Notes under the pieces: generated by a model
Databases searched by the model: none
What the model was told of the DNA's origin: nothing
Seen by the model: only the letters and a program-made list of their open reading frames with translations
Assembly (NCBI GenBank): GCA_965263355.1
Contig: CBDHHL010000032.1
Coordinates: forward strand, 480,001-544,000
Source: Leptolyngbyaceae cyanobacterium
GTDB taxonomy: Bacteria; Cyanobacteriota; Cyanobacteriia; Phormidesmidales; Phormidesmidaceae
DNA length: 64,000 bases
Direction of reading: 5' to 3'
In this document: positions 50,643 to 61,080 of the stretch, piece by piece
Position numbering within the stretch: position 1 is the stretch's first letter
How the letters are laid out: each line of letters begins with the position of its first letter
Translations under genes and position numbers: made by a program

Positions 50643-52394
50643 TTAATTTAGATATTGACAAAAAGAGAACTCTTGTAATAGCTGACGAAATTCATCGACC
50701 GGGCATGGTGCACTGAATAAATAACCTTGCACAGTATCACATCCATACTCCTGCAAGATTTTTAACTCTTCTACCTGTTCTATCCCTTCTGCTACAACGT
50801 TTAAATGGAGCTTTTGAGCAAGTTTAGTGATTGTTTCTACAATGGTCAATGAGTCGATGTCTTGGGTGATTTTACGAATAAAGCACCGATCAATTTTGAG
50901 AGTATCAAATGGAAAGCTTTGTAAATAGCTGAGGCCAGCATAACCAGTACCAAAATCATCAATAGAAAGATGAATTCCCAGCTCTTTTAGCTGTTCCATA
51001 ATATTGCGGGTTTCATCGGGATATTTAACAAAAGCACTTTCGGTGAGTTCCAGTTCAAGACAATGGGGAGGTAACTGTGTTTCCTTAAGTACTGTTTGTA
51101 TTTGTTGAAAAAGTTGATGATTGCAAAGCTGGATTGGTGAGAGGTTAACTGACACTTTAAAGTTATCAACTCCTTCCAAACGCCAGATCTGGGCTTGTTG
51201 ACAGGCTGTATGTAGAACCCAAGCGCCAATAGCGTGAATAGATCCACTTGCTTCAGCAATTGGAATAAATTCGAGAGGAGAAATCGCACCCAAGGCTGAG
51301 TTTGGCCAGCGAATTAGGGCTTCAGCACCAACGATCTGATTTTTTTCAATACTTACTTGAGGTTGAAAGTATAGTTCAAACTCCTGTTGTTTAACAGCTA
51401 CGTGTAACAGATTTTCAATCTGGTAGCGTCTGGACAGTTGACTCTGTAACGATGGATCGTAATATTGATAACTTTGTTTTTTTCGGAGTGCCTGCTGAAG
51501 AGCAATTTCAGCATTGTTTAAGAGAAATTCCCAGTCTTCGCCATCCTGTGTTGCTAGGGCAATTCCAAAGTATCCCTGTGCCTTGATTGACTGTTGATTA
51601 CAGTTGAAGGTTTCTTTGAGAGTTTCTAATAATCCATAAATAATATCAGTAATATCATCCGTTTGAGCAGTTGTAGCCAAGAGTAACGCTAAATGGTGGC
51701 TACCAAGCTGAGTAATACTTACCTTAGTGCCCTGTGTTTCAAAGTATTGCTTAAAGCGAATAATAACTTTGACCACAAGGCAATGTGCTGTTGTATGGCC
51801 ATAGCTACTACTAATTTCCAGGTATTGTCCTATTTGAAATAGTAGTAAGGGAATGACAGAGGATTGTATGCTTTTGAGGGTTTTAACCTGAATCTTAAAC
51901 TGTTTTTGAATATCATCTAGTTGGTTAATCGAGGCTTTAAGGGCACCAAGCTGGGGATGGGGATGTAATAATGCTTCTAATTTTTTAAGCTCTTGCTGGT
52001 AGGGAAGAGATAATGACTTTCGCCGCTTTAGTCGGGTTTCAATTGACGTCAAAACATCTTCAAATTTAAAGGGCTTAGTAATATAGTCGTCTGCACCTAA
52101 GTTCATGCCCTGCCGTAAATCTTCTAATGAGACTTTAGCAGTTAAGAAAATAAACGGAATGGAATCAGTGCTGATATCTGCAGCCAGTTTTTGCCTAACG
52201 CTATACCCATCTAATTCAGGCATCATAATGTCGCACAAAATAAGATCGGGAAGATGTGACTGTGCCATTACTATCCCCTGCCGTCCATTTTCAGCAGTAA
52301 AGACTTGAAAGTCATTAAGCCTGAGAAATCGCTCTAGACTCAGACAGATTTGTGGTTCATCTTCAATAACCAGGATACTAACCATGGAATGCAA
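50643..52394 (-). CDS. REC-(degenerate GGDEF)-EAL c-di-GMP phosphodiesterase
   Basis: CDIMMP; GGDEF position reads GSHHL; EALIRW, DDFGTG, AEGIE, QGY intact. Confidence 0.92.
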   Translation of the reverse strand: MHSMVSILVIEDEPQICLSLERFLRLNDFQVFTAENGRQGIVMAQSHLPDLILCDIMMPELDGYSVRQKLAADISTDSIPFIFLTAKVSLEDLRQGMNLGADDYITKPFKFEDVLTSIETRLKRRKSLSLPYQQELKKLEALLHPHPQLGALKASINQLDDIQKQFKIQVKTLKSIQSSVIPLLLFQIGQYLEISSSYGHTTAHCLVVKVIIRFKQYFETQGTKVSITQLGSHHLALLLATTAQTDDITDIIYGLLETLKETFNCNQQSIKAQGYFGIALATQDGEDWEFLLNNAEIALQQALRKKQSYQYYDPSLQSQLSRRYQIENLLHVAVKQQEFELYFQPQVSIEKNQIVGAEALIRWPNSALGAISPLEFIPIAEASGSIHAIGAWVLHTACQQAQIWRLEGVDNFKVSVNLSPIQLCNHQLFQQIQTVLKETQLPPHCLELELTESAFVKYPDETRNIMEQLKELGIHLSIDDFGTGYAGLSYLQSFPFDTLKIDRCFIRKITQDIDSLTIVETITKLAQKLHLNVVAEGIEQVEELKILQEYGCDTVQGYLFSAPCPVDEFRQLLQEFSFCQYLN

Positions 52395-52647
52395 TTAAAT
52401 GATTTTGGATTTCTTTGAGGAGGATATAAAAAATGCTAAGACCGCTAACACATTTGATAAGAATCTAAATCTTTTTAGGCCTTCTAGCGTGATTGATGAC
52501 AATAAGTTCGCTCCTTAGTTAGTTTGAATTTAGGTAAATCAGTGATTCCCCTGATGACTTTTGGTATTTTGGTATGACTTACTTCTGGTTTGTTGAGAAG
52601 TCTCACTTTAAGTTGATACCCTTTTTGAGATATTGCTACTCTTAAGT

Positions 52648-55563
52648 CTAGACAGTTTTGCTACTTTCATAACCTACTTCCTGCCATTGGCTGGGAATTG
52701 TGACTGTGAAACGACTGCCTTGTCCAAGGGTACTGTTGACTTTGATATTACCTTGGTGAATATTTACGAGGTGTTTAACAATGGATAGCCCAAGTCCTGT
52801 GCCTGGAATTGTTTCAACGTTAGCAGCTCGGTGAAAGGGCTCAAATAAATATTTCTGATCTTCTTCAGGAATGCCAATCCCCTCATCAATGACACTAAAC
52901 TCAATAGTGTTGGGCAAAAGCTTTAATTGAAAGGTAACTGTACTGTCCTCAGGAGAATATTTAATGGCATTTGTAAGCAAGTTGGTCAAGATCTGCTGAA
53001 GTATTTTGCTATCGAATTGAGTACTATTACTATGTCTCTGGTTTTGGGTGCGGGTATCTTGTATCAAAAATTTACAGTTATGATTTGATGTATTCATACC
53101 AATGGTTTGACTAAGTTTTTGACTAAATTTAACAACATCGAGCATCTGCAAATTAATCTTAATGGTGCCAGCTTCAGCTTTGTTTACTATCAGAACTTCG
53201 TCAATTAACTTAGTCATGTGATCGACATAGTTCAAGATAGTACTTAAACATTCTTGCTTTTCGAGTTCATCAAGTTTATTCCCAAATAGTTTCAACAATT
53301 CTGTATGGTTTGAGATAACAGCTAGGGGGGTACGAAATTCATGGGAGGTATTGGATACAAATCTTGATTTCAAGTTATTGAGTTCTCGTTCCTGCTCTAG
53401 TGTTTTGATGATTTTAGCTTCAACTTTTTTGAGATCGCTAATGTCAACGTTAATGCCAATCATGCTTTTGGGTTTGCCTGTGTCACCGTGCTGCACTAAA
53501 CCATTTGCTTTGATATAGCGCACTTGACCACTGGGGTGAATGACTCGAAATTCGATATCGAGTTCTTTGTTCTCGATAATTGATTTTTGGAATTGGGCTT
53601 GAGCTTCTGCAGAATCATCTGGGTGAAGCCGAGTCGACCAATCGGTAAGATCTCCTGTGAACGCTTCAGGCTGAATACCGTAGAGTTCGCACATGCGCTT
53701 ATCCCATGTCAATTGCTCGTTGATAAAATTCCATTCCCAAATACCGATACCACCGGATTTCACAGCCAAACTTAAACGGGTTGAAAGATTATGAAGTGCA
53801 GTTTCGGCTGCTTTGCGATCGCTAATATCCTGACAGACACAAATTAGAAGATCGTCATCGGTGAGGGTGAAGGAAAGCCCCTGGGCAAAGGTAAAACCAT
53901 CTTTGCGAGTAGCGATGGCCTCCCCCTGCCAGACGCGATCTCGTTGTAAAATAGGAAAGACTTTTTGCTCAAAGCGTTTTACCTCTTCAGGGCTATAAAG
54001 CTTATGCCAGGATTGCCCAATTAACTCTTCTGCCGTTTCATAGCCAAAGATCTGAAGATGGGCTGGATTAAGGTATTGGAAGCGATCACTTTCGATAATA
54101 GCAATACCATTTACTGCGGCTTCAATACTGACTAACTGTTTAGCAATTTGTTGCTCAGCAGCTTGGCGGGCTACTTCAGCTTCTCGTTTTTGACGCTCAA
54201 GGCGATACCCTTCAATCAGGTTGCTACAAGTAGTTAAAAGAGGTTGTAAGAACTCAATGAGAGTAGCATCGTAGCCCTCGGGGCAGTTGGCAATGCCGAC
54301 TATACCAATCAATTGAGAAGCACTAAAGAAAGGAATACCTAAAAAGGTATTGAGCGGTGGATGCCCTTTAGGTGTCCCCCCTCGTCTTGGGTCGGTGCTG
54401 GGGTTCTTGGCAATGACAGGTTCGCCCGTCATGATTACCTCACCCAAGAAGGGTTTCATGTTGGTGAATGTCATTCCCGTTGCTTGTTGTTCGCCATATA
54501 ATTTCCGCGTTTCTTCGTTCCAGGCAATATTAGTCATACTGTGGGCTTTCAGGTAAGGAACCCCTCGCACCTTCAGAAAGCTATCTTCCATGGTGGCACT
54601 GCCATCTGTTTGGAAGTGAACTTCTCCGATAAACCCATATTCACTATTGGTTAGTTCCAATAAGTTAGACAGTAACTTATCGAAGATGATGCTGCGATTC
54701 CCTGCCGTAATAAATTGTGTCTGAGCGTCGCTGATGGTTTGTAATAGGGTATTACGTTGCCATAACGCTGTTTCGGATGCTTGTTGGAGCTGATCTGCCA
54801 TATGGTTAAACGCATTAGCAATCTGGGCAAGTTCATCCACCCCCTGTAATTGTGTCCGTTCACTTAGATTTCCTTGGGCTCGGCTATTTGTAATGGCTAC
54901 TAGGTGCTGGGCTCGGCGCGTCACTGTACTGTTAAAGAAAAACCATGCGAGCCCACACAAAGCTGCTAAGAGCCCACTGGTCTGTAATGAGCGCCATGCT
55001 GCATCTTGTTTCGCTGTCTGTTTTAGTTCCAGTAAATCGTAGACCATGACTAAAGCACCAATTTGAGATGATCGCAGTTCACCCGATTTTGGTTGTAGCC
55101 TTACTGGATAAAAGACATGTAAATATTTTCGATCCTTTGTGATTTTAACCTGTCCTGCAAGTTTTTTTCTTGCCTGAGCCACTAATCCCTTGCAATGTAA
55201 TTCTTTTGTCAGAGATACCTCATTTAAGTGTTGACCTCGCAACGTATAATCCGTAGCTAAAGCAACCCGATCATTAACATCGATCAACATCGCCAATATC
55301 AGATGGGGATCTCCCCCCATCTGACTAACTACAAGATTGGCACCTTCCAGAGGGTTTCCATCGTCCCTTTTAGTTCGGTATATAAATTCCAACAGAGCAG
55401 AGGTTTTACTGCCCAAAAACTCTGCCTTTTGGATTGTTTGCTTTTCTACTCGCCGGTTTGCCACCAACACTTCCTGCCGAAAAGCATAGAAGCCAGTAAT
55501 ACTACCCAGTAACAGTAGAACTGCTGAAATCGAATACTTTAATGGCAATAGAAGATATTTCAT
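52648..55563 (-). CDS. Membrane histidine kinase HAMP-GAF-PAS-PAS-HisKA-HATPase
   Basis: Two TMs, DEL..IA..FN.M, GAF (PKGHPPL..FLGIP), PAS folds, SHEFRTPL, GTGLGL. Confidence 0.92.
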   Translation of the reverse strand: MKYLLLPLKYSISAVLLLLGSITGFYAFRQEVLVANRRVEKQTIQKAEFLGSKTSALLEFIYRTKRDDGNPLEGANLVVSQMGGDPHLILAMLIDVNDRVALATDYTLRGQHLNEVSLTKELHCKGLVAQARKKLAGQVKITKDRKYLHVFYPVRLQPKSGELRSSQIGALVMVYDLLELKQTAKQDAAWRSLQTSGLLAALCGLAWFFFNSTVTRRAQHLVAITNSRAQGNLSERTQLQGVDELAQIANAFNHMADQLQQASETALWQRNTLLQTISDAQTQFITAGNRSIIFDKLLSNLLELTNSEYGFIGEVHFQTDGSATMEDSFLKVRGVPYLKAHSMTNIAWNEETRKLYGEQQATGMTFTNMKPFLGEVIMTGEPVIAKNPSTDPRRGGTPKGHPPLNTFLGIPFFSASQLIGIVGIANCPEGYDATLIEFLQPLLTTCSNLIEGYRLERQKREAEVARQAAEQQIAKQLVSIEAAVNGIAIIESDRFQYLNPAHLQIFGYETAEELIGQSWHKLYSPEEVKRFEQKVFPILQRDRVWQGEAIATRKDGFTFAQGLSFTLTDDDLLICVCQDISDRKAAETALHNLSTRLSLAVKSGGIGIWEWNFINEQLTWDKRMCELYGIQPEAFTGDLTDWSTRLHPDDSAEAQAQFQKSIIENKELDIEFRVIHPSGQVRYIKANGLVQHGDTGKPKSMIGINVDISDLKKVEAKIIKTLEQERELNNLKSRFVSNTSHEFRTPLAVISNHTELLKLFGNKLDELEKQECLSTILNYVDHMTKLIDEVLIVNKAEAGTIKINLQMLDVVKFSQKLSQTIGMNTSNHNCKFLIQDTRTQNQRHSNSTQFDSKILQQILTNLLTNAIKYSPEDSTVTFQLKLLPNTIEFSVIDEGIGIPEEDQKYLFEPFHRAANVETIPGTGLGLSIVKHLVNIHQGNIKVNSTLGQGSRFTVTIPSQWQEVGYESSKTV

Positions 55564-55626
55564 GGTGTCTAACTTAGAGACTCATTTTGGTAAAACTAGT
55601 TCTGGTAAAGATACTTCAATCTTTAG

Positions 55627-56643
55627 TTATGGTAGAGCTTTAACTAAACGATTATCTAAAAGTGACGCTGTCTCCAATTCTCGTTGCAATAATTCCTTTT
55701 CAATCATTAGTTCAGATAATTTTCTTGTCACGTTTAACAGTGTGGGATCGGTTTTACCCAACAAATCTTGATTTTCCTTCAAGTTCGGGATATGGAGCAG
55801 TTCTAGCGAAGCCAGAAATTGTTCGGGGTCTACGCCTTCCCGAGGAGCCATCCGTTCTGCTGCATCCTGAGGGTTCTTGTGCAGATAATCAAGGGCACGA
55901 AACCAGCCCTGCACCAGTACATCAAGTGTTTTTTCCTGATTTTCCAAAACTGTTTTTGAGACAACCAGAACATCCACGATTTCCCCTGGAATTTGTGTAC
56001 TGTCAAACACCAAATTGGCTCCAGCTGCCAGAAGATTAGATCGCACAGGTTCAAAGGTTACCACTGCATCCACGGTACCCTGTTCGAATGCCTTTTCATG
56101 TTCAGATACTCCTAGAGAGACAATCTCCACATCCTGGGGAGATAATCCCACCTGCGCTAAGGCCCGTGTAATGACAAATGCCCCCAGAGCAGTGGATTCT
56201 ACTCCTACTTTCTGACCCTTAACCTCGGCCAATGTTTCAATGTCTGACTTAGTAATAATAGCATCTCCCCCAGCAGACACATCAGTAATCAGCACTACCC
56301 GAATATCGGGATTGGTCTCTGCCAATGCAAGGGTTTCATCTAAAGTCAGGGCTGCTACCTCTAGATGACCATTGCGCAAGGCCCGACTAACTTCTGTCGC
56401 TGATGGATAATCTACTAATTGAATCGAGCTATTGTCGTAGTAGCCCAGATCGCGAGCTAAATAGAGACTTTCATATCCTGGCCATACATTTGCACCCACT
56501 CGTAGAGGGAGGGGAGGAGTTTGCATGCAACTACCAAGCATTGCCAGTAAACAGATGGTGGAAGCAAAGAGGAAGAACTGTTTATGAAGTTTCATATACG
56601 ATGTGACGGTGAGACAGCGTAAAAAATAAAGTATCTGTAACAA
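55627..56643 (-). CDS. NMT1/SsuA-type substrate-binding lipoprotein
   Basis: Lipobox LGSC; WPGY, D.SAGGD, VTFEP, IPGEIVDV. Confidence 0.88.
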   Translation of the reverse strand: MLQILYFLRCLTVTSYMKLHKQFFLFASTICLLAMLGSCMQTPPLPLRVGANVWPGYESLYLARDLGYYDNSSIQLVDYPSATEVSRALRNGHLEVAALTLDETLALAETNPDIRVVLITDVSAGGDAIITKSDIETLAEVKGQKVGVESTALGAFVITRALAQVGLSPQDVEIVSLGVSEHEKAFEQGTVDAVVTFEPVRSNLLAAGANLVFDSTQIPGEIVDVLVVSKTVLENQEKTLDVLVQGWFRALDYLHKNPQDAAERMAPREGVDPEQFLASLELLHIPNLKENQDLLGKTDPTLLNVTRKLSELMIEKELLQRELETASLLDNRLVKALP

Positions 56644-56657
56644 CTATGGAGATATTT

Positions 56658-59600
56658 TTATAGATCTACCTCCTGCCATTGGATGGGAATTGTGATCGTA
56701 AAACAACTACCTTCTCCAGGGGCACTTTTTAAATTTATCCAGCCCTGATGGATGGTGATGAGATATTTAACAATGGATAACCCCAGTCCTGTGCCTTGGA
56801 TAGTGCCCACATTAGTAGCCCGGTGAAAGGGCTCAAATAAATATTTCTGATCTTCTTCAGGAATGCCTATGCCTTGATCAAGAATACTAAATTCAATGGC
56901 CTTAGGCAAAAGCTCTAACTGAAAAGTTACAGTGCTACCTCCAGGAGAGTATTTAATGGCATTGGTTAATAAGTTGGTCAGGCTTTGTTGAATTATTTTG
57001 CTGTCAATTTGAGCACTGTGGATATGTTTTTGCGATTGAGAACGAGTGTCTTTTATCACAAATTCTAAGTGATGATTTGGTGCACTTAGGCTAATTGTTT
57101 GACTGAGTTGTTGGCTAAACTCAACAATATCCAAAGGTTTAAGTTTGAGTCTAATCTTGCCAGATTCAGCTCTACTGATTATCAAAACCTCGTCAATTAA
57201 TTCAGTCATGTGATCGACATAGGCCAAGATAGTGTTTAAGCAATTTTGTTTGTCCACTTCATCAAGTTTGCCTCCAAATTGTTTCAATAATTCTGTATTA
57301 CTTGAGATTACGGTTAGGGGAGTTCGAAATTCATGGGAGGTGTTAGAAATAAAACGGGATTTCATTTCATTGAGCTCTCGTTCATGCTCGAGCATTTTGA
57401 TGATTTCAGTTTCAACTTTTTTGCGTTCACTAATATCGCGAAAAAGCCCACGGGTATAGACTGCCTGTCCATCAACCACACAGCAATTTATGTTGCCTTC
57501 AACGTCAATGATACGACCATTTTTAGCAACAAAGCTAATTTCAACCTTATTAAGGCTTTGCAGTTGCCCCATTTTCAGCTGTTTCATCAATGTCATACAG
57601 TGTTCCTGACAGTCCGGATGCAATATATCAAAGATTGTGAGCTGCTCTAAATCCTGAGCAGTATAGCCCAGTGTTTCTAACCAAGACCTATTGACAAATT
57701 CGAATGAACCATCGATTAGCGAGACACTTTGAATCATGTCGTTGGCACTGTCAAAGATATCTTGTAATTGTGTTTGGCTTTTAAGTAACAGGTTTGAGAG
57801 GGCTTTACGTCGTTTGATTTCAGTTTGTAAATGTTTAATAGTCTTAGCAAGCATCGCAGTACGTTCGTTAACCCGTTGTTCTAGTTCGTTGGCAAGTACC
57901 TGTAGTTGGCAAGCCGTTTGATATCTTTCGAGTTCTGCGCCAGCTCGGGCTCCAAAAATCTTTAGCAGATTGATCATCCACTTGGGATTTTTCAAGGGGC
58001 GATCGTGGATGACGGAGAGATTGCCAATGGGCTTACCCGCACTATTGTGAAGGCCAATGCCAAGATAGCTTTCTGCGTTTAAGCTGCTAAATAGCTCATT
58101 ACCTGGATAAAGGTAAAGCAGCGACTCAGGATGATAACATTGCCCTTGTTGGAGGGCCTGCATGCAACAGGGAACCTGCTCATAGGGGTATTGATTAACC
58201 GTTTGTAAGTGGCCATCGGCACAAAAGGCTAGAACTGCGAAGCCATCTGATTTAGCCTCAGAAACAGAAGCATAGCGAACATTTAAAGCTTTGGTAATGT
58301 GTTGGACTAACTCCTTGAAAAAGTCATGTTCGATAACAGCGGCGGTACCTTCAACAATCTGGTGCAAGGATGCTTCTGCCTGTTGTCTTTTATACTCTTC
58401 TTCTTTGAGATTTGTAATATCTAAAATTGTTCCATGGGAAAGGATCGCTTTTCCATCGTCATCCTGTATTGTTTCGCATTCTTCCTGCACATACTTGATG
58501 CGGCCATCGGGCATTAGTAATCGATGGATAATGCTGTAAGGAGTGCCATCTTGCACATGTTGGTTATAAGCCTGATTGACCATTTCTCGGTCGTCTGGAT
58601 GGATGGCTGCTAGAAATGCTTCATAAGAAGCGTCAAACTGATTTTGGTTAATTTCAAAGATGCGAAAGACTTCATTAGACCAGTACAAATTATTAGTTTG
58701 GAGATTGAGGTCCCAGTAGCCGAGCTTGACCATCCGTTGAGCTTGTTGAAGGCGCTGAGCCGTTACTTGCAGCTGAGCTTCGACTTGTTTACGTTCGCTA
58801 ATGTCGCGAACTATTGCCAGAACTTCTGTTTGGTTAATGGCAACAATCCGAGCTTCTTGCCAGCGTAGATCTCCTCCAATATTAATTTCAAAGTCATAGA
58901 TTTGCACCTCGCCGGTTTCTAATGCCTGACGCACATAAGTCATCCATTGTTCGGCGAGTTCCAGTGGTAACAAGTCATAAATGTTGATCCCGCTATAGGC
59001 GAGATCAGGCTGAATAAACTGAGTTTCGTCAGACATTACTAGATCGAAGTAGTTACCCTCAGCATCCTGACAAATCAACAAATCTGGAATTACCTCAATT
59101 AAGGCCTGATAGCGACTTTTTCTGACATGTAAAGTAGTTTTTGCTTGCTGTTTTTCTGTTATGTCAGCTGCCATTGCAATCGCAATCTGCCGACCATCAG
59201 GTAGCTTACCAAGTGATGCTGAATTAAAGTTCCAGACACGCTGTTGGCTATCGTGGGTCGTAATTATATAGTCTCCTTCTTCCAAACGAGACTTCAAGCT
59301 GTACTGTTGAGAAATTATATTTTCAATCGCAATGGTATTCTGCTCGTTATACGCCAGCTCTACCCAGGCTTGGATTGTTGGAATATCCGTGTGGGTATAC
59401 CCTGTAAGCTCTGTCCAGGTTGAGCTGATTTGTAAAACTTCGCCATCCTCAGCGTGGATCATGATCGGTATTGGGGCATCTGCGATCGCGCGCCGGAATA
59501 GTTGTTCACTCTCACGTAATGCTAATTCCGACTGCTTGCGATTGCTAATATTTGTCAGACTACCAACATAACTACTAATTTTGCCAGTGTCCTCCCATTC

Positions 59601-60911
59601 TGGTTGGGCTTGTCCATAGACCCACTTAATTGAGCCATCGGGGAGCTGCAATCGAAATTCTTGTTCCCAGGGGTGACCCATTTGAACCATTTGCTGCCAA
59701 CTACTCACCACCTGGTCTTGATCGTCAGAATAAATTCCTTGTATCCAACCCTGGCCCAAGGTTTCCCGGTAGGATATACCGGTCAATTCTGTCCAATGTT
59801 TGTTAATGTAAGTGCATGCGCCAAAGGTATCAGCTCGAAAAATTACGATAGGAAGTGTAGCGACTAAAGAGGTATAGCGCTTCTCGATCTCACGCAAGTG
59901 GAGTTCTGTTTGTTGGTGAGTAACTAACTTGCGATTTAGCTCTTCCTGCAGTTTAGTGTTATGTGATTCGAATAATTGTAACTTCTCAGTTTCCAGGCGT
60001 TCGACCTGTTGCTGTAAAAGGCTGATCATCTCAACCATTTCTGCAGGATTCAAGACTTGTAAGATCGCTGTTTGGGTTAAAATCCCAGCTAGGCTGCCAT
60101 CTCCATGGGTAATGACCAGATGTGTAATCCGATGTTCAAACATGAGCTGATACGCCTGCCACAGACTAAGTTCGGGTGACGCGCAAAAGACGGGGTAGCT
60201 CATCACGCTCTGGGTCGTGAGATGCGTAAAGTCTAAGAGTAATGCCTGAAATTGAATAATATCTCCCTTGGTAACAATGCCAAGAGGAAACGTCTTATCC
60301 TCAATTGTTTCTGTAATGACAACACAACTGATCTGATGTTGATTCATCAATTGAGCAATTGATTGCAAAGTAGTGGTTGGTGTAGCTTGAATGACATCAC
60401 GAGTCATCATTTCTGCTGTGTGGTGTAGACGTAATAAGTCAGTAGGTTGCAGAGACTGGCGAATACTTTCAAGGGTCAAAATACCGACTAACTTATTGTC
60501 ATCATCAACAATGGGTAAGTGGTGGATGTGATGCTGTTGTAAGATTCGAAGGGCAGCGAATAAGTCGTTTGCTTTTTCCTGGCTAACAGTAATGAGTGGG
60601 CATGTCATCACTGTTTCAACGGTACGATTTGCAATAGTGTTTTCTGTTGCAGCTAAGCGTACGAGGTCACGCTCAGTAAGAATACCAATAGGCTTGCCGT
60701 CTTCTACTATAACGACACAGCTTGGCATCAATGACGATTGTTCAAGGGAATATTCGTGGGACGTATTCGCTTCGGTTGTACTAGATGCAATGCTGTGGGG
60801 GAAACTATACGTCTGGCAATTATTGCTCATTAAGGCAATGACTTCACTTAAGTGGGTTTGCTTACTCACGGTTAAGGGGGGCATTTGCAGAAGACGCTCT
60901 CCGTATGACAT
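56658..60911 (-). CDS. Cytoplasmic histidine kinase with 4 CBS, multiple PAS and a GAF domain
   Basis: GILTERD CBS repeats, PAS motifs, SHEFRTPL, NAIKYS, GTGLGL. Confidence 0.92.
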   Translation of the reverse strand: MSYGERLLQMPPLTVSKQTHLSEVIALMSNNCQTYSFPHSIASSTTEANTSHEYSLEQSSLMPSCVVIVEDGKPIGILTERDLVRLAATENTIANRTVETVMTCPLITVSQEKANDLFAALRILQQHHIHHLPIVDDDNKLVGILTLESIRQSLQPTDLLRLHHTAEMMTRDVIQATPTTTLQSIAQLMNQHQISCVVITETIEDKTFPLGIVTKGDIIQFQALLLDFTHLTTQSVMSYPVFCASPELSLWQAYQLMFEHRITHLVITHGDGSLAGILTQTAILQVLNPAEMVEMISLLQQQVERLETEKLQLFESHNTKLQEELNRKLVTHQQTELHLREIEKRYTSLVATLPIVIFRADTFGACTYINKHWTELTGISYRETLGQGWIQGIYSDDQDQVVSSWQQMVQMGHPWEQEFRLQLPDGSIKWVYGQAQPEWEDTGKISSYVGSLTNISNRKQSELALRESEQLFRRAIADAPIPIMIHAEDGEVLQISSTWTELTGYTHTDIPTIQAWVELAYNEQNTIAIENIISQQYSLKSRLEEGDYIITTHDSQQRVWNFNSASLGKLPDGRQIAIAMAADITEKQQAKTTLHVRKSRYQALIEVIPDLLICQDAEGNYFDLVMSDETQFIQPDLAYSGINIYDLLPLELAEQWMTYVRQALETGEVQIYDFEINIGGDLRWQEARIVAINQTEVLAIVRDISERKQVEAQLQVTAQRLQQAQRMVKLGYWDLNLQTNNLYWSNEVFRIFEINQNQFDASYEAFLAAIHPDDREMVNQAYNQHVQDGTPYSIIHRLLMPDGRIKYVQEECETIQDDDGKAILSHGTILDITNLKEEEYKRQQAEASLHQIVEGTAAVIEHDFFKELVQHITKALNVRYASVSEAKSDGFAVLAFCADGHLQTVNQYPYEQVPCCMQALQQGQCYHPESLLYLYPGNELFSSLNAESYLGIGLHNSAGKPIGNLSVIHDRPLKNPKWMINLLKIFGARAGAELERYQTACQLQVLANELEQRVNERTAMLAKTIKHLQTEIKRRKALSNLLLKSQTQLQDIFDSANDMIQSVSLIDGSFEFVNRSWLETLGYTAQDLEQLTIFDILHPDCQEHCMTLMKQLKMGQLQSLNKVEISFVAKNGRIIDVEGNINCCVVDGQAVYTRGLFRDISERKKVETEIIKMLEHERELNEMKSRFISNTSHEFRTPLTVISSNTELLKQFGGKLDEVDKQNCLNTILAYVDHMTELIDEVLIISRAESGKIRLKLKPLDIVEFSQQLSQTISLSAPNHHLEFVIKDTRSQSQKHIHSAQIDSKIIQQSLTNLLTNAIKYSPGGSTVTFQLELLPKAIEFSILDQGIGIPEEDQKYLFEPFHRATNVGTIQGTGLGLSIVKYLITIHQGWINLKSAPGEGSCFTITIPIQWQEVDL

Positions 60912-61080
60912 CTTTTATCTTTAGCATTCCCTACCTATCCCAATTAAAGGGTAGTGTTTTTTTGTACAGGGCGTAGAAAAATAATATGGAATAAAGTGTG
61001 AGCAGCGCTGTGGGCGCTGGTTCCGTCAGATGGGCAGCCTATATCCTTTGCGTGATAATAGCTAAACAGCATATCGAATC

